From Paraglomus brasilianum (taxonomy: Eukaryota): 42,013 nucleotides of DNA. The position numbers and the translations under genes were made by a program. Location: assembly GCA_910592345.1 (NCBI GenBank), contig CAJVPI010000215.1:1-42013 (forward strand). The letters run 5' to 3'. The notes under the pieces are model-generated. The model searched no databases, had not been told where the DNA came from, and saw nothing but the letters and a program-made list of their open reading frames with translations. How positions within the stretch are numbered: position 1 is the first letter of the stretch; each line of letters begins with the position of its first letter. This document shows positions 11,086-23,299 of this stretch, one piece after another.

Positions 11086-14000
11086 ATGTCTAACGCCAAG
11101 AAAAAGAAGAAGAAGAAGAGACAGACAGCATATTCTGCTGCTACAACACCAAAGTCAACAAGAAGCAGTCATACAGATATAACCTCGGAATTGACTTTGA
11201 CAGGAAGTTGCACACTTATAGACGTTGGAAGAGTGGATGCATTTAGTACGCTGAGAGAAATAGAGTGCGAGTCGATTATGTCGAGTAAGTTTGTGTGGGA
11301 GGAGAAAGAATGTGGATAGATAGAAAAGATAGAACGACATGTCTGTGAATCGGTTGAGAATGAAGGTGGCGATAGAACTACACGCACGGAACATGATTAA
11401 AATAGCGGTCAGATAAAAATAGCAATGAAAGGAATATCGATGTGAAGGATAATGACATGGTTGGGTATATAAAACATTGCCAGATGGATTACATTTTTTT
11501 TCACAGCAATATCGATTACATTCTAAACGTTGGTACTCGAACAACCATTTTCGTTCCAACATGTTTCTGAAATCAGAATTAATATTAATACTTGTTTCTC
11601 TTCGCTGCTCCATAGTGGGAACGATATCTTCAACGACACGCCACATAAAACAAACAATACGCACACATTTATACGGTCTCTGTCCCCGCTGTCACGAACC
11701 AAAGATAGATCAAGTATGGTGTGGATTTTGCTTAACGCCGCATATTAGCTTGGGTTGGACGTCCGGAGATCGGGTATTAGATGAGTTTATTAGGAATACA
11801 CAGAAAAATGTGAGAGACTATCAAGAGAAATTTTTGGAATGGGTGCCGTGGGAAAGGCTTGGTGAGATTAGAGTTCGCAAGGACAAGAATGAACACAAGT
11901 ATGGAAAAGCGTTCATAAACGATAAGAACAGTGAAGGACTTGGAATCGGAAAAGCTAAAAAACATGTCGCTGTTTGGTTTGATGGTGAAAGAGACAAGCG
12001 TATTGGAGATCGAACTGCTCCTGTTAAGGTTATCTTGGAGCCATTAGATTGCGACGGTTTTTTTACATCAGAGTACCTTGAGAAGGTAATAGTAACGTGT
12101 AATCACGGTTACCTTTTAATGTTGTTACTCTCTAGATTGACTTCTGACAGCTAATTTTTTTTTTTTTTTCGCATTCAATTCAGTTAATCAAAAAGTACCC
12201 ATTCATAACATCTCCCGACAACTACACGATATACGGGTTCACATATAATCCTTCTCTTCTTCACTCACTCGGCTCTTCTCTCTTATCATCATCCTCTCTT
12301 CCAAATTCCTTTCCTGTTTCTTCTTCCCCAATGCGACCAACCTATTTTCTTCTCATAAACTACCGCACTCCCATCCTAACCGAGCTCTACTCCCTCTGTC
12401 TCCACTGTCATCAACCAAAACTCGATCCTCTTTGGTGCGCCTCTAATGCCTGCGAACTTCCTAGTTTCAATTCGATCTCCTCCGATAATAGCATAATAGG
12501 CGAAATTGTTTGGGAAACACAGAGAAATGTTAAAAAACGGTCAGACATTTTCTTAGAACATGTGCCATTTAGGAGGTTTAAAAATATCCGGAAAATTGGC
12601 AAGGGGTGTTATAGTGTTATATATGAAGCGATTTGGAAGGATGGAAAGAGAAAGGCGTACGAAAAAGGGAGGACTAGTGAGACTAAGGTCGCGCTGAAGC
12701 TGTTAAAGGGAACGGGAAGTGAGGGTGTGAGCAAAGGCTTTTTTGACGAGGTGAGATGCCATATTAATGAAATGTAGGGGAAGGGAAAAAATATATGGAA
12801 TTTTTGACGGTGGAATTCGGTCGGGGTAGCCTGCTGTATTGTTAATATAGTCGTAGTTTGTGATTATACGTATTCTCAGTCGTAATCGTAGTTTTTCTTG
12901 TCAGTCTTTATTATTATATATACCACCTCGCTCACGTCCCTTACCCACGTCTTTATTTTAAACAGCTCAAAACTCATTACCTACGTGCCAGTAGTGCCCA
13001 CATCTACTTTCCAACACTTTACGGCATATCTCAAGATCCCACTACTGGTGAACTTATCCTTGTAACCCAACTGGCTACGAATGGCACGCTCCGTGACTAT
13101 ATCCGGTACGAATTCCCGACAATCTCCTGGCACACAAAGTTATCGATATTAAAAACTATAGTCTCAGGATTGAACAGCATACATGAATTGGGCATGGCAC
13201 ATGGAAACTTACATAGTGGAAATGTGTTAAGAAGTTATGGTTCTCGAGAATTGGGAATTGCGGGAGATTTTTTTTTGGCAGACTTTGGTGTTTGCAAAAG
13301 CTGCATATTTGAACCGGACAAGGACAAGGACAAGGACAAGAACAAGGACAAGAACAAGAACAAGAACAAGAACAATGACAATGACAATGACAATGACAAT
13401 GACAATGACAATGACAGTGACAATGACAATGACAAGGACAATGACAAGGACAATGACAATGACAATGACAATGACAATGACAAGGACAATATGGGACAAT
13501 TGATAGAAGATGAAATTGGAACCGAATCTAAATGTGAAGATCCAAATAAGGACGAACATTCAGATGATGTTGATAGTAATAAAGATTGTACGAACGACAC
13601 AATGCCCCCGCCTCCTTCACCTGTAAAAGGCGTTCTACCCTACCTGTCGCCTGAAAGTCTACATTCTTTTCCGCCTACGCCTTCCTCCGACATTTACAGC
13701 CTAGGTATTCTGATGAGCGAACTAATGACTGGTACTTTCGCCTTTTCTTGTCGGGCGCATGATCACGATCTCGCCCGCGATGTCTGCCTTGGCCTTCGCC
13801 CTAAATTGGATGAAGATATAATACCGAGAAAGTACGTTGAGGTGGTCAAACAATGTTTAAATGCGCAGAGTGAAGAGAGACCGAGTGCAAAGAGTTTGTG
13901 TGATATCTTTGAGGATTGGAGCAAAGATGAAGTCATGTATGAGGTGTTTTTGAACATGGAGAGAAAGGCGAAAAGGCAAGACAAAGATGGTAGTGTTGAT

Positions 14001-14153
14001 AACAGTAAACAATCGGATGACAACAATAAAGGCGGGCATGCAATGCACGATGAAGAGGTTTATCATTCCCGGGCGTTCACATTTCGTGGATTGCCTACTC
14101 CAGTTAATGACGGCCTGACGGATATAGATGTAAAGGACAATCAAGTTGCTTAA
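11086..14153 (+). CDS. Glomeromycota-type TKL-like protein kinase (probable pseudokinase) with two CxxC..WCxxC modules
   Basis: Introns 12086-12183 and 12751-12965 (GT..AG, in frame). Motifs IGKGCYSVIY, VALK, HGNLHSGNVL, LADFG, GVLPYLSPE and SDIYSLG. The 5' exon structure upstream of ~11616 is uncertain. Confidence 0.85.
13317..13490 (+). repeat. Coding hexanucleotide microsatellite (GACAAG/AACAAG/GACAAT)n encoding DK/NK/DN dipeptides
   Basis: About 29 hexamer units directly after the DFG motif. Confidence 0.95.
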
Positions 14154-14629
14154 AATACAAAGCAAATTTTTGTAAATTTATTCGTAGAGTATCTATTACA
14201 TAGACATATTAATTTGAACAGCTTTCAATAGGGGGTAGCTTATAAAATACTAGGGCTAGTGTATAAATATGTATATTTAATATAAACTGTTAATTTGAAT
14301 CCCAAGTACTTTGGAGAACCGTAGACTAGGCGACAGTGAACCTGACCAACAATTTCCGTATGGATAACGATAAATTATGTACACGTTTTTTTCAACGGAG
14401 CAATCAAGTCCGCGAACGACGGTATGTTGTATGTATGTTGTATGTAGTTCGCTACGAGCGGCAGTTTATAGTGATTGAATATTGGTTTTAAGACCTGGGA
14501 AATAACATTCACCACATACGCGTTTTCACTGTATTTGATTAACGAGATTGGAGGCCTACATGTCCATATATTCCGCCTTTGAATATTTAAGTCTTAATGT
14601 TACAGATAAGTTGATTATAATGATGTACT

Positions 14630-15054
14630 AATACTTACAATCCCATAAGTAGGTCACCAACCACTTGGACAACCTCTTTATTGTACATCTGTTGGGTTGT
14701 TGATTCGAGGCATATTCCTTGCATTGACATTACCTCGCAACCCTTTGCACGAAGCCATAAATTCATCTATCATACCCTGAACTACTTCAAGGAGCTTCAC
14801 GTCCTGGATACAGTCCTGCCTCTTCACCAACAACATAATTCCTCAACGGAATGTATCCGTATTTTGGTATTATTTTTGGTGCCAGCCTTCGATGTCGTGG
14901 GTGGGGATACGGTACAGCTATAAATAAATAACAAAGGATTAATTTTAATAAAGCACTTAACAAGAATGCTCTTTCTATCATAAATTGCAGACTGGCGGAC
15001 CTGTGCATCGAGCTTTCGGGCTCTGCAGTTGTTGCAAAACTTTAGGGGTTTCAT
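14630..15054 (-). pseudogene. Degenerate fragment, possibly a MULE/FAR1-like transposase C-terminus
   Basis: Frame QDCIQDVKLLEVVQGMIDEF...RINNPTDVQ*RGCP resembles the I.NP..V..RGRP tail. Contains stops and frameshifts. Confidence 0.25.
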
Positions 15055-15849
15055 TTTGTTATTTAATGTATTATATGCAAAGAGAGAATTGAAGACAAGT
15101 GTTCAGAATAAGTGTACGAGCAAGTGTGCGGAGGAAACGGTCGTTTTTACACATATACGGTATACTGTTACATCAGCACGACCGTTGAAATGACATTATT
15201 TACAATTCACTATCATACGGAAACATCCGAGGCGAGACTCGCACACTCAATCAACGAATTTCGATAACAACCATCATATAAAACACCTGCATTAGTAAAA
15301 TCATTCGTCTAGCAAGAAAGAATTAGTTACGATAATGTCTGATCTTAGAGACAGAACGTTAAAGATATACTTAAGTAGTATAATAAAGTTGGCTAAGTCG
15401 GTGGCCTCATCACTAAGCATCGACACTACAGAGCTCTATTGTCACGGTGAGGGCCGCCTCGCGAAGAAAACCGCTGACATCAACATGTAATCAAACATTA
15501 GTTTACCCAACTATCAGAAGAAATACAAATAGGGAATTTGACTAATCATTCGCCGGTACCATCAATCTTATATTTAATATTAAAACGCAGATACTGTTAT
15601 GTGTATCGATTCTCCAGACTCTGATACTAGCATCGCATAGCTTTACATTCTGACGCAATGTAGATGTGTTAGTCAAAAAATTTACGTTGTTATTGTTTAT
15701 ATTTACTCTAACAAGTAATTATTACGTGTATACATACTTTAGAGATTTTAATATTTAACAGAAAACGAATTGCTATATAATTTAACATTACCATAGTTCT
15801 ATGTGGAATTGTATTGATTGTCCTTCTATCTTCTATGCAATAATGCCAA

Positions 15850-17040
15850 GCCTAAGTTTAAGATGGATTAGGGTCTACAGAATATTGTACAAATAATATG
15901 ATGGTTACACTGTATAAATATAGCCTACCCTCATACGGAATGGTATTTGGCAGGATCGATTTTTACAATAATACAATCGTGGGCGCGACCAGGACTTCTT
16001 CAGCGTGATTTAATGTTTCAGAATAGGCTACTTCCACGACCAAATTTGGCCAAGGACAATCCTAAATAAAAAGGTATATGAAGTTACTAGCTTTAAAAAG
16101 TTCAAAACCAATAAAAAGAATAGAAATTACATGTCTATTGCTTCCATATGGCGCGGTTATGGCTGGTTTCATCGGACGAAACGATGCAACGGCTTCTTTT
16201 CCACGGTTTATGTCACAGGTTCCTTTAAAAAAATTAATACGATGCACGCACAAACGGAACAATATGTTATAACATTAATACTTACTAGTACCACCAAAAC
16301 CATCATCTCAGCATTGGTAAAAGCAACGGCATGGCATTGGTACATTAACATCCTAGTAACTGCACAAATAACAACTTTGTGTGGCATAAAAGGAAGTTCA
16401 TAGATTGTTACTTTCCATTCAACCATTCCCAGCATCTATGAATGCTAAATTTTTCTACACGTTCTTCATAATCCTCTATGGTGATACCCGTAGCAAGTAC
16501 ATACGGTAGGCTTAATATAACAATTTACATCAGCAACTGGTTAAAAAATCAAACAGTAAACTTACCTTATCTCGCTTTTTCATTAGATTCTCCCTTATCC
16601 CACCACAAGTTTCGATAATAGTTGCAGTCTAACATTCTTTCTGGACTTTCTGGAACCGCATCAGCACTATCCCTAAGAATATTTCCGGAATATGAAAGTT
16701 AGCGAAAAGAGAATAGGGAGTAACAATTGCACATACAGTCCAATCCGGTTATAACGAATATCTGTTTATAATGAAGATTGTCTCCGAACCAATCATTAAA
16801 TAATTATAATCTTTGCTATAAAAAGAGACCTTGGAGATTTTTTCCAGTCCCGTAGAATTTGTTGTAACCAGATTAGACTGTATAAACGCGTTTTAGGCAG
16901 CTATAATTATACCCCAACACTATAGCTTCCGAGATAATCTCATTGGAATATAATAGTCGATTTACTTGAGAAGGGCAAACCGTTTAGGACTAGTTTCTAC
17001 CAATCGACACTCGGTTGTGAGTAGTAAAGCCTGTATAACT
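15850..17040 (-). pseudogene. Uma2-like (Crinkler-type) restriction-endonuclease-fold pseudogene
   Basis: Segments KVTIYELPFMPH, KEAVASFRPMKPAITAPYGS, PWPNLVVEVAYSETLNH and RAHDCIIVKIDP, with frameshifts and stops. Confidence 0.7.
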
Positions 17041-17181
17041 AAGAGTAGAAAAATCACAGCTTCGTTCGAAAATAGCTAAATCGAAGGTAAACAAATAATT
17101 GCTCTCCTGCAATTATTGGCTCGACAGTTTTATTTACCAAAGAGTTTAACAACACATATAAGTGTGACTCTGACTACTAAA

Positions 17182-17224
17182 TTTTGAGAGCACCTTTTGA
17201 GAGCACCTTTTGAGAGCACCTTTT
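17182..17224. repeat. 13-bp tandem repeat x3
   Basis: (TTTTGAGAGCACC)3 followed by TTTT. Confidence 0.9.
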
Positions 17225-17366
17225 AGTATTAGTCAAATTTAGAACATCAAACACTCCCTCACGCGACCAAACATAATGCTAGTATGCCATACAGAACATA
17301 ATAATAACTGATACATTGTTGTTATTATTATTATTATTATTATAAAATTGTTTAACAAACTTGCTA

Positions 17367-18147
17367 CAGTGAACCCTCTCTAATATCCACCCTACGGGAC
17401 CGGCCAATTTTGTTGATATATGCGGGGTTGGATATCATAGGGGGTGTTAGGGTTTTAAATAATGACGTCATATGCAATGATATTATATACGATACTTATT
17501 ATTATGTCTCGAATTAAATCTTAAACTTTATTTATATTTATAATAAAAATCTCCTTTATGTCTTTCTCCATATAAACTCAACAATTTGTTCACCTCTTAT
17601 GATTGTGGTTCTCTCTCTCTTTGATGAAAAAATCTGGTAACTTTTTTTGTTGCCTCGCCTCGTATATATTTGATTGAATGCGTCGCAACAGACTTTGCAA
17701 TCTTGGCCTTCTACAAATTTGGCGGGGTCTTGCTGTTCTACATACTAATACTGCAGAAGTAATTTGCATTGTTCCAATGCCGTAGAATGAGAAATTTTTC
17801 GATTTCAATGTCGCTGTCTTTATTACAGCTATCAGAATTAGACGCGTGGAGTATGTTTATACTTTAGGACGCAAATCGTATTATAAATAGACATTACGTA
17901 GTAAATACGTGATATTGTAGATCAGAATTTTAGATTTTAAAATACTAATTTATATTGATGGTGATATCAGTGAGGTACATTTAATTAGGAATAAAATCTG
18001 ATATGTGTTGATAGGGATATCAACGGGGTATGATATCGAAATTGATATATGCGGGAGAATTTATATACGGGAAATCCGTTCTGTAACCACTGTTGCCAAT
18101 AGAGAGAGGTTGATATTAACGGGGTGGATATTAGAGAGGGTTCACTG
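17367..18147 (-). mobile_element. Non-autonomous pogo/Tigger-type element (781 bp)
   Basis: Perfect 26-bp TIR CAGTGAACCCTCTCTAATATCCACCC with TA target duplications at 17365-66 and 18148-49. Residual transposase C-terminus LRRIQSNIYEARQQKKLPDFF. Confidence 0.92.
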
Positions 18148-20018
18148 TATTACTAGAACGACAATCCTTAGCCGAAGAGTGTATTCATTGTAAAAGGGCG
18201 ATAGATTTCGTTGCGGTTTTAATGAATTCTTTATATTCGTTCTTAGTGAATGGGTTTATTTAATAATGGTAGACGATAAATTTAGTTGATTTCACTATGT
18301 GATCGTAGTACCTTTATTTAATATATTATCATAAAACGATTAGCATTGAATAAATCTAAGGACATCTCAACATAACATTACAACTGACAAAATTCATATT
18401 ATTAATAAATCTGATGCACCGATTTTTAACGTTCGATTCAAAGCCATACATTTTCGGTGCAGGTTCTCTCTATTCTATATAACAGTAATAATAAGCGTCA
18501 CGGTTCAATAAACAACCAATCACAAACACTGTAGAAAAGTAAATACTTTTGAAGAAGCATTTGCCATCTGATGCATTGGGGTTTATTATGAGGTACGATA
18601 TTGAATTTAAGTATGCGGTAGAACGTATCTGTGGCGCTTGATGGTTACATGCTTCGCCGCAGCATGTCTCATTTAACAAATTCCTTTATTATGCTTTGCT
18701 TTCAAATATTACTAATTTAAGAAAGTTTTTGTAACCGAAGCTTCTTTTATTTATTATTGTTATTGGAACGCATATGTAAGCTATTAACTGAGATGCATGC
18801 AGTGACCATTACGAAACTGTCGACATTTCTCTCTTTTTTTCTGGCCAATCCCCAAACTCCAATCGGTAACTGCTAACACACCAAATGGCGATAATAAAAG
18901 GTCGATCGTCATCTTTCATATAAAATCGACTGTCCTTGACTTGAGATAGATAGGACTTCATCAATCTTCAACCCCTATCAGTACCAACATGAAGAGAAAC
19001 AGTAGGCCATGTCACATCAACAATCCTCGCGTTGGGAAGGCCATTAATTTTCAAGAGGCTCACAAAGAAATTTACACTATATAAGCGATCGGCTGACCAG
19101 TAAATGAGTTAGATCCGAGCAGTGCGAAGACATTGTTATCAACAATTATGCCACTCTCATTAGACAGCATTGGGTTATTTGGACGAATGTTGCTGCAGTG
19201 TTGATACTCGAGCATCTGTTGTGTAACAAAATGATCGCTTGGCTAACGAGATGCAGTTTGGACAAGTCAGCGTCTAGTGAGCCGATATAAAGAACCTCGT
19301 TGTTGAACATAATACCAAGGAGCCCGTCTATATGATCCGTATCAATATTGCAGTCATCAACTGTAGACATCCTTTGTTCGGTTGTAAAATGTGGGGCAGA
19401 GCGAATACGGTAACCTTGAGACTCTGATTTCGACTGTATGCCTCACCGTTTTGACGGGTTCTTCAAATCTATTACTTCTCCATCAACATTTGATGTCCTG
19501 CTGGTTTGGGGCGTAAGAAAACTACGACTCGGTCACCGCAACCATGTTCCCGCGATACATGATACATCAGAATTACATCACAGAACCGTGTGCTGGTGAA
19601 ACTATGCCTAAGGGTTGGGTGAAATACTTTCGTCAACGGATTTTTCGAAATTATACACACAGTCATCGCTGCAAACCTTTCTGGAGTCCCACAGAAGCTC
19701 GAGGAATTAGTTAGATGTTTCATAATGGATACTCTTTCGTCACTTTGTAACGCAAAGGAGTATAGAACTGTGAATTATGACGCATGTTAGCCGATGGAGA
19801 TTCTGATTAACAAAAAATTGCTAGTTTTGGAGAGATACAGGTTTAGTAATTTTTTATTTGAGTTAAAAGACTAATAAAAATTATATCGAATAGATCTTAA
19901 AAGAACCGGGTTGAATATTTCAAATATTTATATTTATTTCAGAAAAGGTTTACTATAAATATGCAGTGCAGAGAAGAAATTAGTTGATAGTAAATAACTC
20001 AACAACAGAACGTCTGGA

Positions 20019-21316
20019 TTACGTTATGCTTACATCAATAGCCATATATGCATCTAAATCCGCATCCAATTCATCGTACGTAATAACCTTTCGCAGGGAT
20101 GGTGTCTTTCGTCTATCATTATCTTGATTAGACGTATCACGAGCTCGCTCGCGTACTCGCCCACTCAGTCTACTCCCAGAATTTGACGCCGAGTTGGAAT
20201 CGGTCTTTGTGTGGCCGATTCTTGAGCGAATATTGGAAGATCCTTGTTTTCTGTAAAGAACAGTAGACAATATACCGACATAACATATTTATAAAGAAGA
20301 AGTAGAAGAAACCATAAAACATATATATATTAAATCACCATGTACAGTAAAAGTATAAATGTATGGGGGGAGGATATCTCTAAAAGCGCGCGTACATTGA
20401 GGAGCCGCGGGAATCCCCTAACCGGTCAAATACTGATGCACTCCAACTCGAACTATTCGATGAGCGTCCGTTAGAAACTTTCAATCCAGGCTTCAACGCT
20501 GCAAACTTAATATGCATCTTTTGACCTAAACCGGATCTTTGTTAGATCATAGGCATATAACTTTTCCTAATAATAATGCAAAAAGCAAACTAAAATAGTG
20601 TTTCAACTACCATCAAGCTCTACTCCGTTCAATTTATCTAAAGCTGTTGCTGCATCTCCCGAGTTTTCAAAAGTAATGTCAGCCACCCCCGTACTTCGAC
20701 CGGCACGATCATAATGCAAATAGATTTTCTTGATAGACCCGTATTCAGAGAATAACTCCTGTTTAAAAAAAGAAGAAGACATTTTTAAAATTTTAATAGT
20801 TTGCAAAATTGGGCAGACTTTGCCAAGCAACTGGCTTCTTCCCCCCCCTTTACCTGAAGGTCGTCTTGCGTAACTTCGTAAAATAGATTTTCTACAACTA
20901 GCCTGGGATTTCCATTTTGATTGAACGTAAGACGCTTACTAATTGCACTAGAACGCCGTGGGTTTTCAGTTCCATCTTCGAAAAGGTCATGCGACCACTG
21001 GCCGTTTATGTCTCCTCTGGGAGGTCTCTGCCAAAAAAATAAAGTTTAGCACTATATCAGTCATATATGCGTGAGTAGGCTCTGTAGCAAAACAAGCAAT
21101 AAATCATTTGAGTCTCTAGTAATAGCATGTCTGCGTTTAAAAGTAGATCATTTGCAGTTTGCGATAACCTACCGAACGATCATAAGGTGTCGATCTGACA
21201 CGCCCAGTCCTTTTGGGACCGCCAGACTGTAATTGATTACGTCCGATGCGGCGGAGAGGTGGTAGTTTTCTGTTTCGTCGGTTTCTGTTTCCAAAGTCGT
21301 CGATTGCCATGTCCAT
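20019..21316 (-). CDS. ALYREF/Yra1-family RRM mRNA-export adaptor paralogue (5 exons)
   Basis: MDMAIDD N-terminus, PPRGDINGQWSHDLF, RRM LVVENLFYEVTQDDLQ|ELFSEYG..LHYDRAGRSTGVADITF..LDG, and C-terminal box ELDADLDAYM. GT..AG introns. Confidence 0.88.
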
Positions 21317-21660
21317 CGCACCGCTCGTAAACACAAATCTATAGTTGTAGTCCGAAGCTTATCTCCCAACGCGGTGTTTGTTTGCCATTTCAGAATGTGC
21401 CAGCCAATGCGCACATTTAACTCAATGATCCATAAATGATTTTAATTGGCTGATCAAACTCCGGAGGATGACAAACATAAACTCGCCCTGAGCCTACAAA
21501 AACACTTTTCCGTCTTATTCTGTCTCCGTAAATCTTCAATCTACGAAGCGCTTCTACTTTAACCCGCCGTAACACTCTTTGAGAAGCAACGTATTATCTT
21601 TGACATTAATATACCTTTAAACGACTTCCAAACAAACAAGTCAAATAAAAGAAAAGAAAA
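21317..21660. promoter_or_regulatory. Putative bidirectional promoter between the two ALYREF/Yra1-family genes
   Basis: 344 bp between divergent ATGs. CCAAT at ~21404 and ATTGG at ~21445 (opposite orientations). Confidence 0.55.
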
Positions 21661-22973
21661 ATGTCTGCCGGTCTTGACATGTCTCTCGATGACATCATCT
21701 CCAAGAAGAGACCATCAAGAGTTTTTAGAGGTAGACCCGCTCGAGCCAGTGGTATTGTCAAACGTTCCGGTGGACCGATCAGGAATTCGCGGCCACTCCA
21801 AACTGGATCTCGACCTTATGGGGTACCATCCGCAACAACATCCAACGTCGGCTCCGCACCTGAAGGAAAGATTTTGGTATCTAACCTTGCTTATAAAGTC
21901 ACAGAGGCAGACCTTTGGGTAAATATTTATTGTATCCGAAAACTTTACAAAGCGTTCCCGGTTGGTCGAGAGTCACAACTTGTTAGAAAGGGAGATGCGA
22001 GAGAAAGCAAGTGAGCTTCTTTCTTTGTGCCAAAGCTGAGGGGTTGCTCAACACTATGCATTGTGAGCGAAAAGCGACCTTTGTACGAAAGTATAGTAGT
22101 CGTCATCAGCACTTTATTTGTTTAGTGGCTTTGGGACTTTGAAAAAGACCGATGTCCTTCCTTCTTACTCTCGATACAATCACCATTATTCCTACTCCAT
22201 GAAAACAATCACTCTCACTTCAATACACACCCACACCCACTCGCACTTCGACACCTCTCTTCCTTCTTTCCAACACCCAGGAACTTTTCACAACTATGAT
22301 CGGCCCCGTACGTCGAGTGAATCTCAACTTCGATAAAAATGGACGATCCAAAGGCACCGCTTCGGTTGTTTTCCAGAGAAGAGCAGACGCCGTAAGATCT
22401 GTTGAAAAAATGCGAAATATTACCCTGGATGGTGAGTTATAGGATGATACTCTGGGTGTTCGATGTTTGAATATTGTCTCAATATTAATTTATCTGATAT
22501 TACAGGACGCGAGATAAAGATCGAAATAGTTGTCGTTCCGGGGACCAACAGTGGAGCCAACCCTATTTCACAACGCATCGGTAATTTACAAGAGTAAGTA
22601 TTGGTGAAATTTATGGTTACTATTTACTGTCCATAATAATGTCTGATGGGAAACATCAATTTGTAGGCGAAGCCGTGTTGCGCCCATTCGTGGAGCTGTG
22701 AGCGGTGCACCTCGAGGATTACCAACGCGTGGTGGTGGCCGCGGTCGTGGAGGTATCCGTGGCGGTCGTGGCGGCGGTCGCAGGCCAGATAACAGGCAAA
22801 AAAAAACGCAGCAGGAGTTAGACGCAGAAATTGGTGAATATATGCAGATTGATGAAGTGAGTATTTGATATGTTCTATATAATTGATGAAGGTGTGTTGA
22901 CCCATACTTGGTAAACTATTATTAGCAGGAATCTAATCAAACGGCAATTGATTCCGTGGGAAAGCAAAATTAA
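21661..22973 (+). CDS. YRA1: Yra1/ALYREF (THO complex subunit 4) mRNA export adaptor
   Basis: Exons 21661-21918, 22281-22431, 22506-22593, 22667-22856 and ~22926-22973 (TAGCAG tandem acceptor). LDMSLDDII N-box, RRM ILVSNLAYKVTEADLW|ELF..GRSKGTASVVF, RGG tract and ELDAEIGEYM C-box. Confidence 0.92.
21961..22153 (+). ncRNA. Candidate structured intronic RNA element in YRA1 intron 1
   Basis: Eight mutually compatible helices found by hand, including CCAAAGC/GCTTTGG and a GAAA-tetraloop hairpin (see findings). Confidence 0.5.
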
Positions 22974-23299
22974 TTCGTAGGCATATATATCTATTATATA
23001 TATAAATACATATCTAGTAATATTTGTCAACACATGATCCAAGTGGCATAATCAGGGCGTTATAATATGCAAATTCTTTTGATTACAAGTTGTGCTTTCC
23101 CCGTTATTTGGGTTCCTGTTACCTCATTGTCGATAAGTACAACTACAGTATTTTTCGGTTGAAATTTATATATCAATAGAGATTAGAGATTTACAACTAA
23201 ATCTCAACCTCAATCTCGTCATTTACCTTACCATAGAAATACAATAACTACTCTTCATACTTTTATCTGCAAAAAGAATTTATCTATGACAAATATCTC

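Noticed and set aside
13227..13600. ORFs rich in VIVL, SLSL and RTMT
   Set aside because: Alternative-frame and antisense read-throughs of the hexamer microsatellite.
17182..17224. CRISPR-like array (also considered for 3321-3467)
   Set aside because: Direct tandem units without unique spacers, in a eukaryotic context with no cas genes.
18850..19750. Coding-like minus-strand fragments
   Set aside because: Multiple stops and no recognisable motif; cannot support a call.
22070..22110. Hammerhead ribozyme on the minus strand of the YRA1 intron (CTGATGA plus CGAC/GTCG stem)
   Set aside because: The stem is followed by CTTT instead of the required GAAA. The G-U pairs and GAAA loop favour the plus strand.
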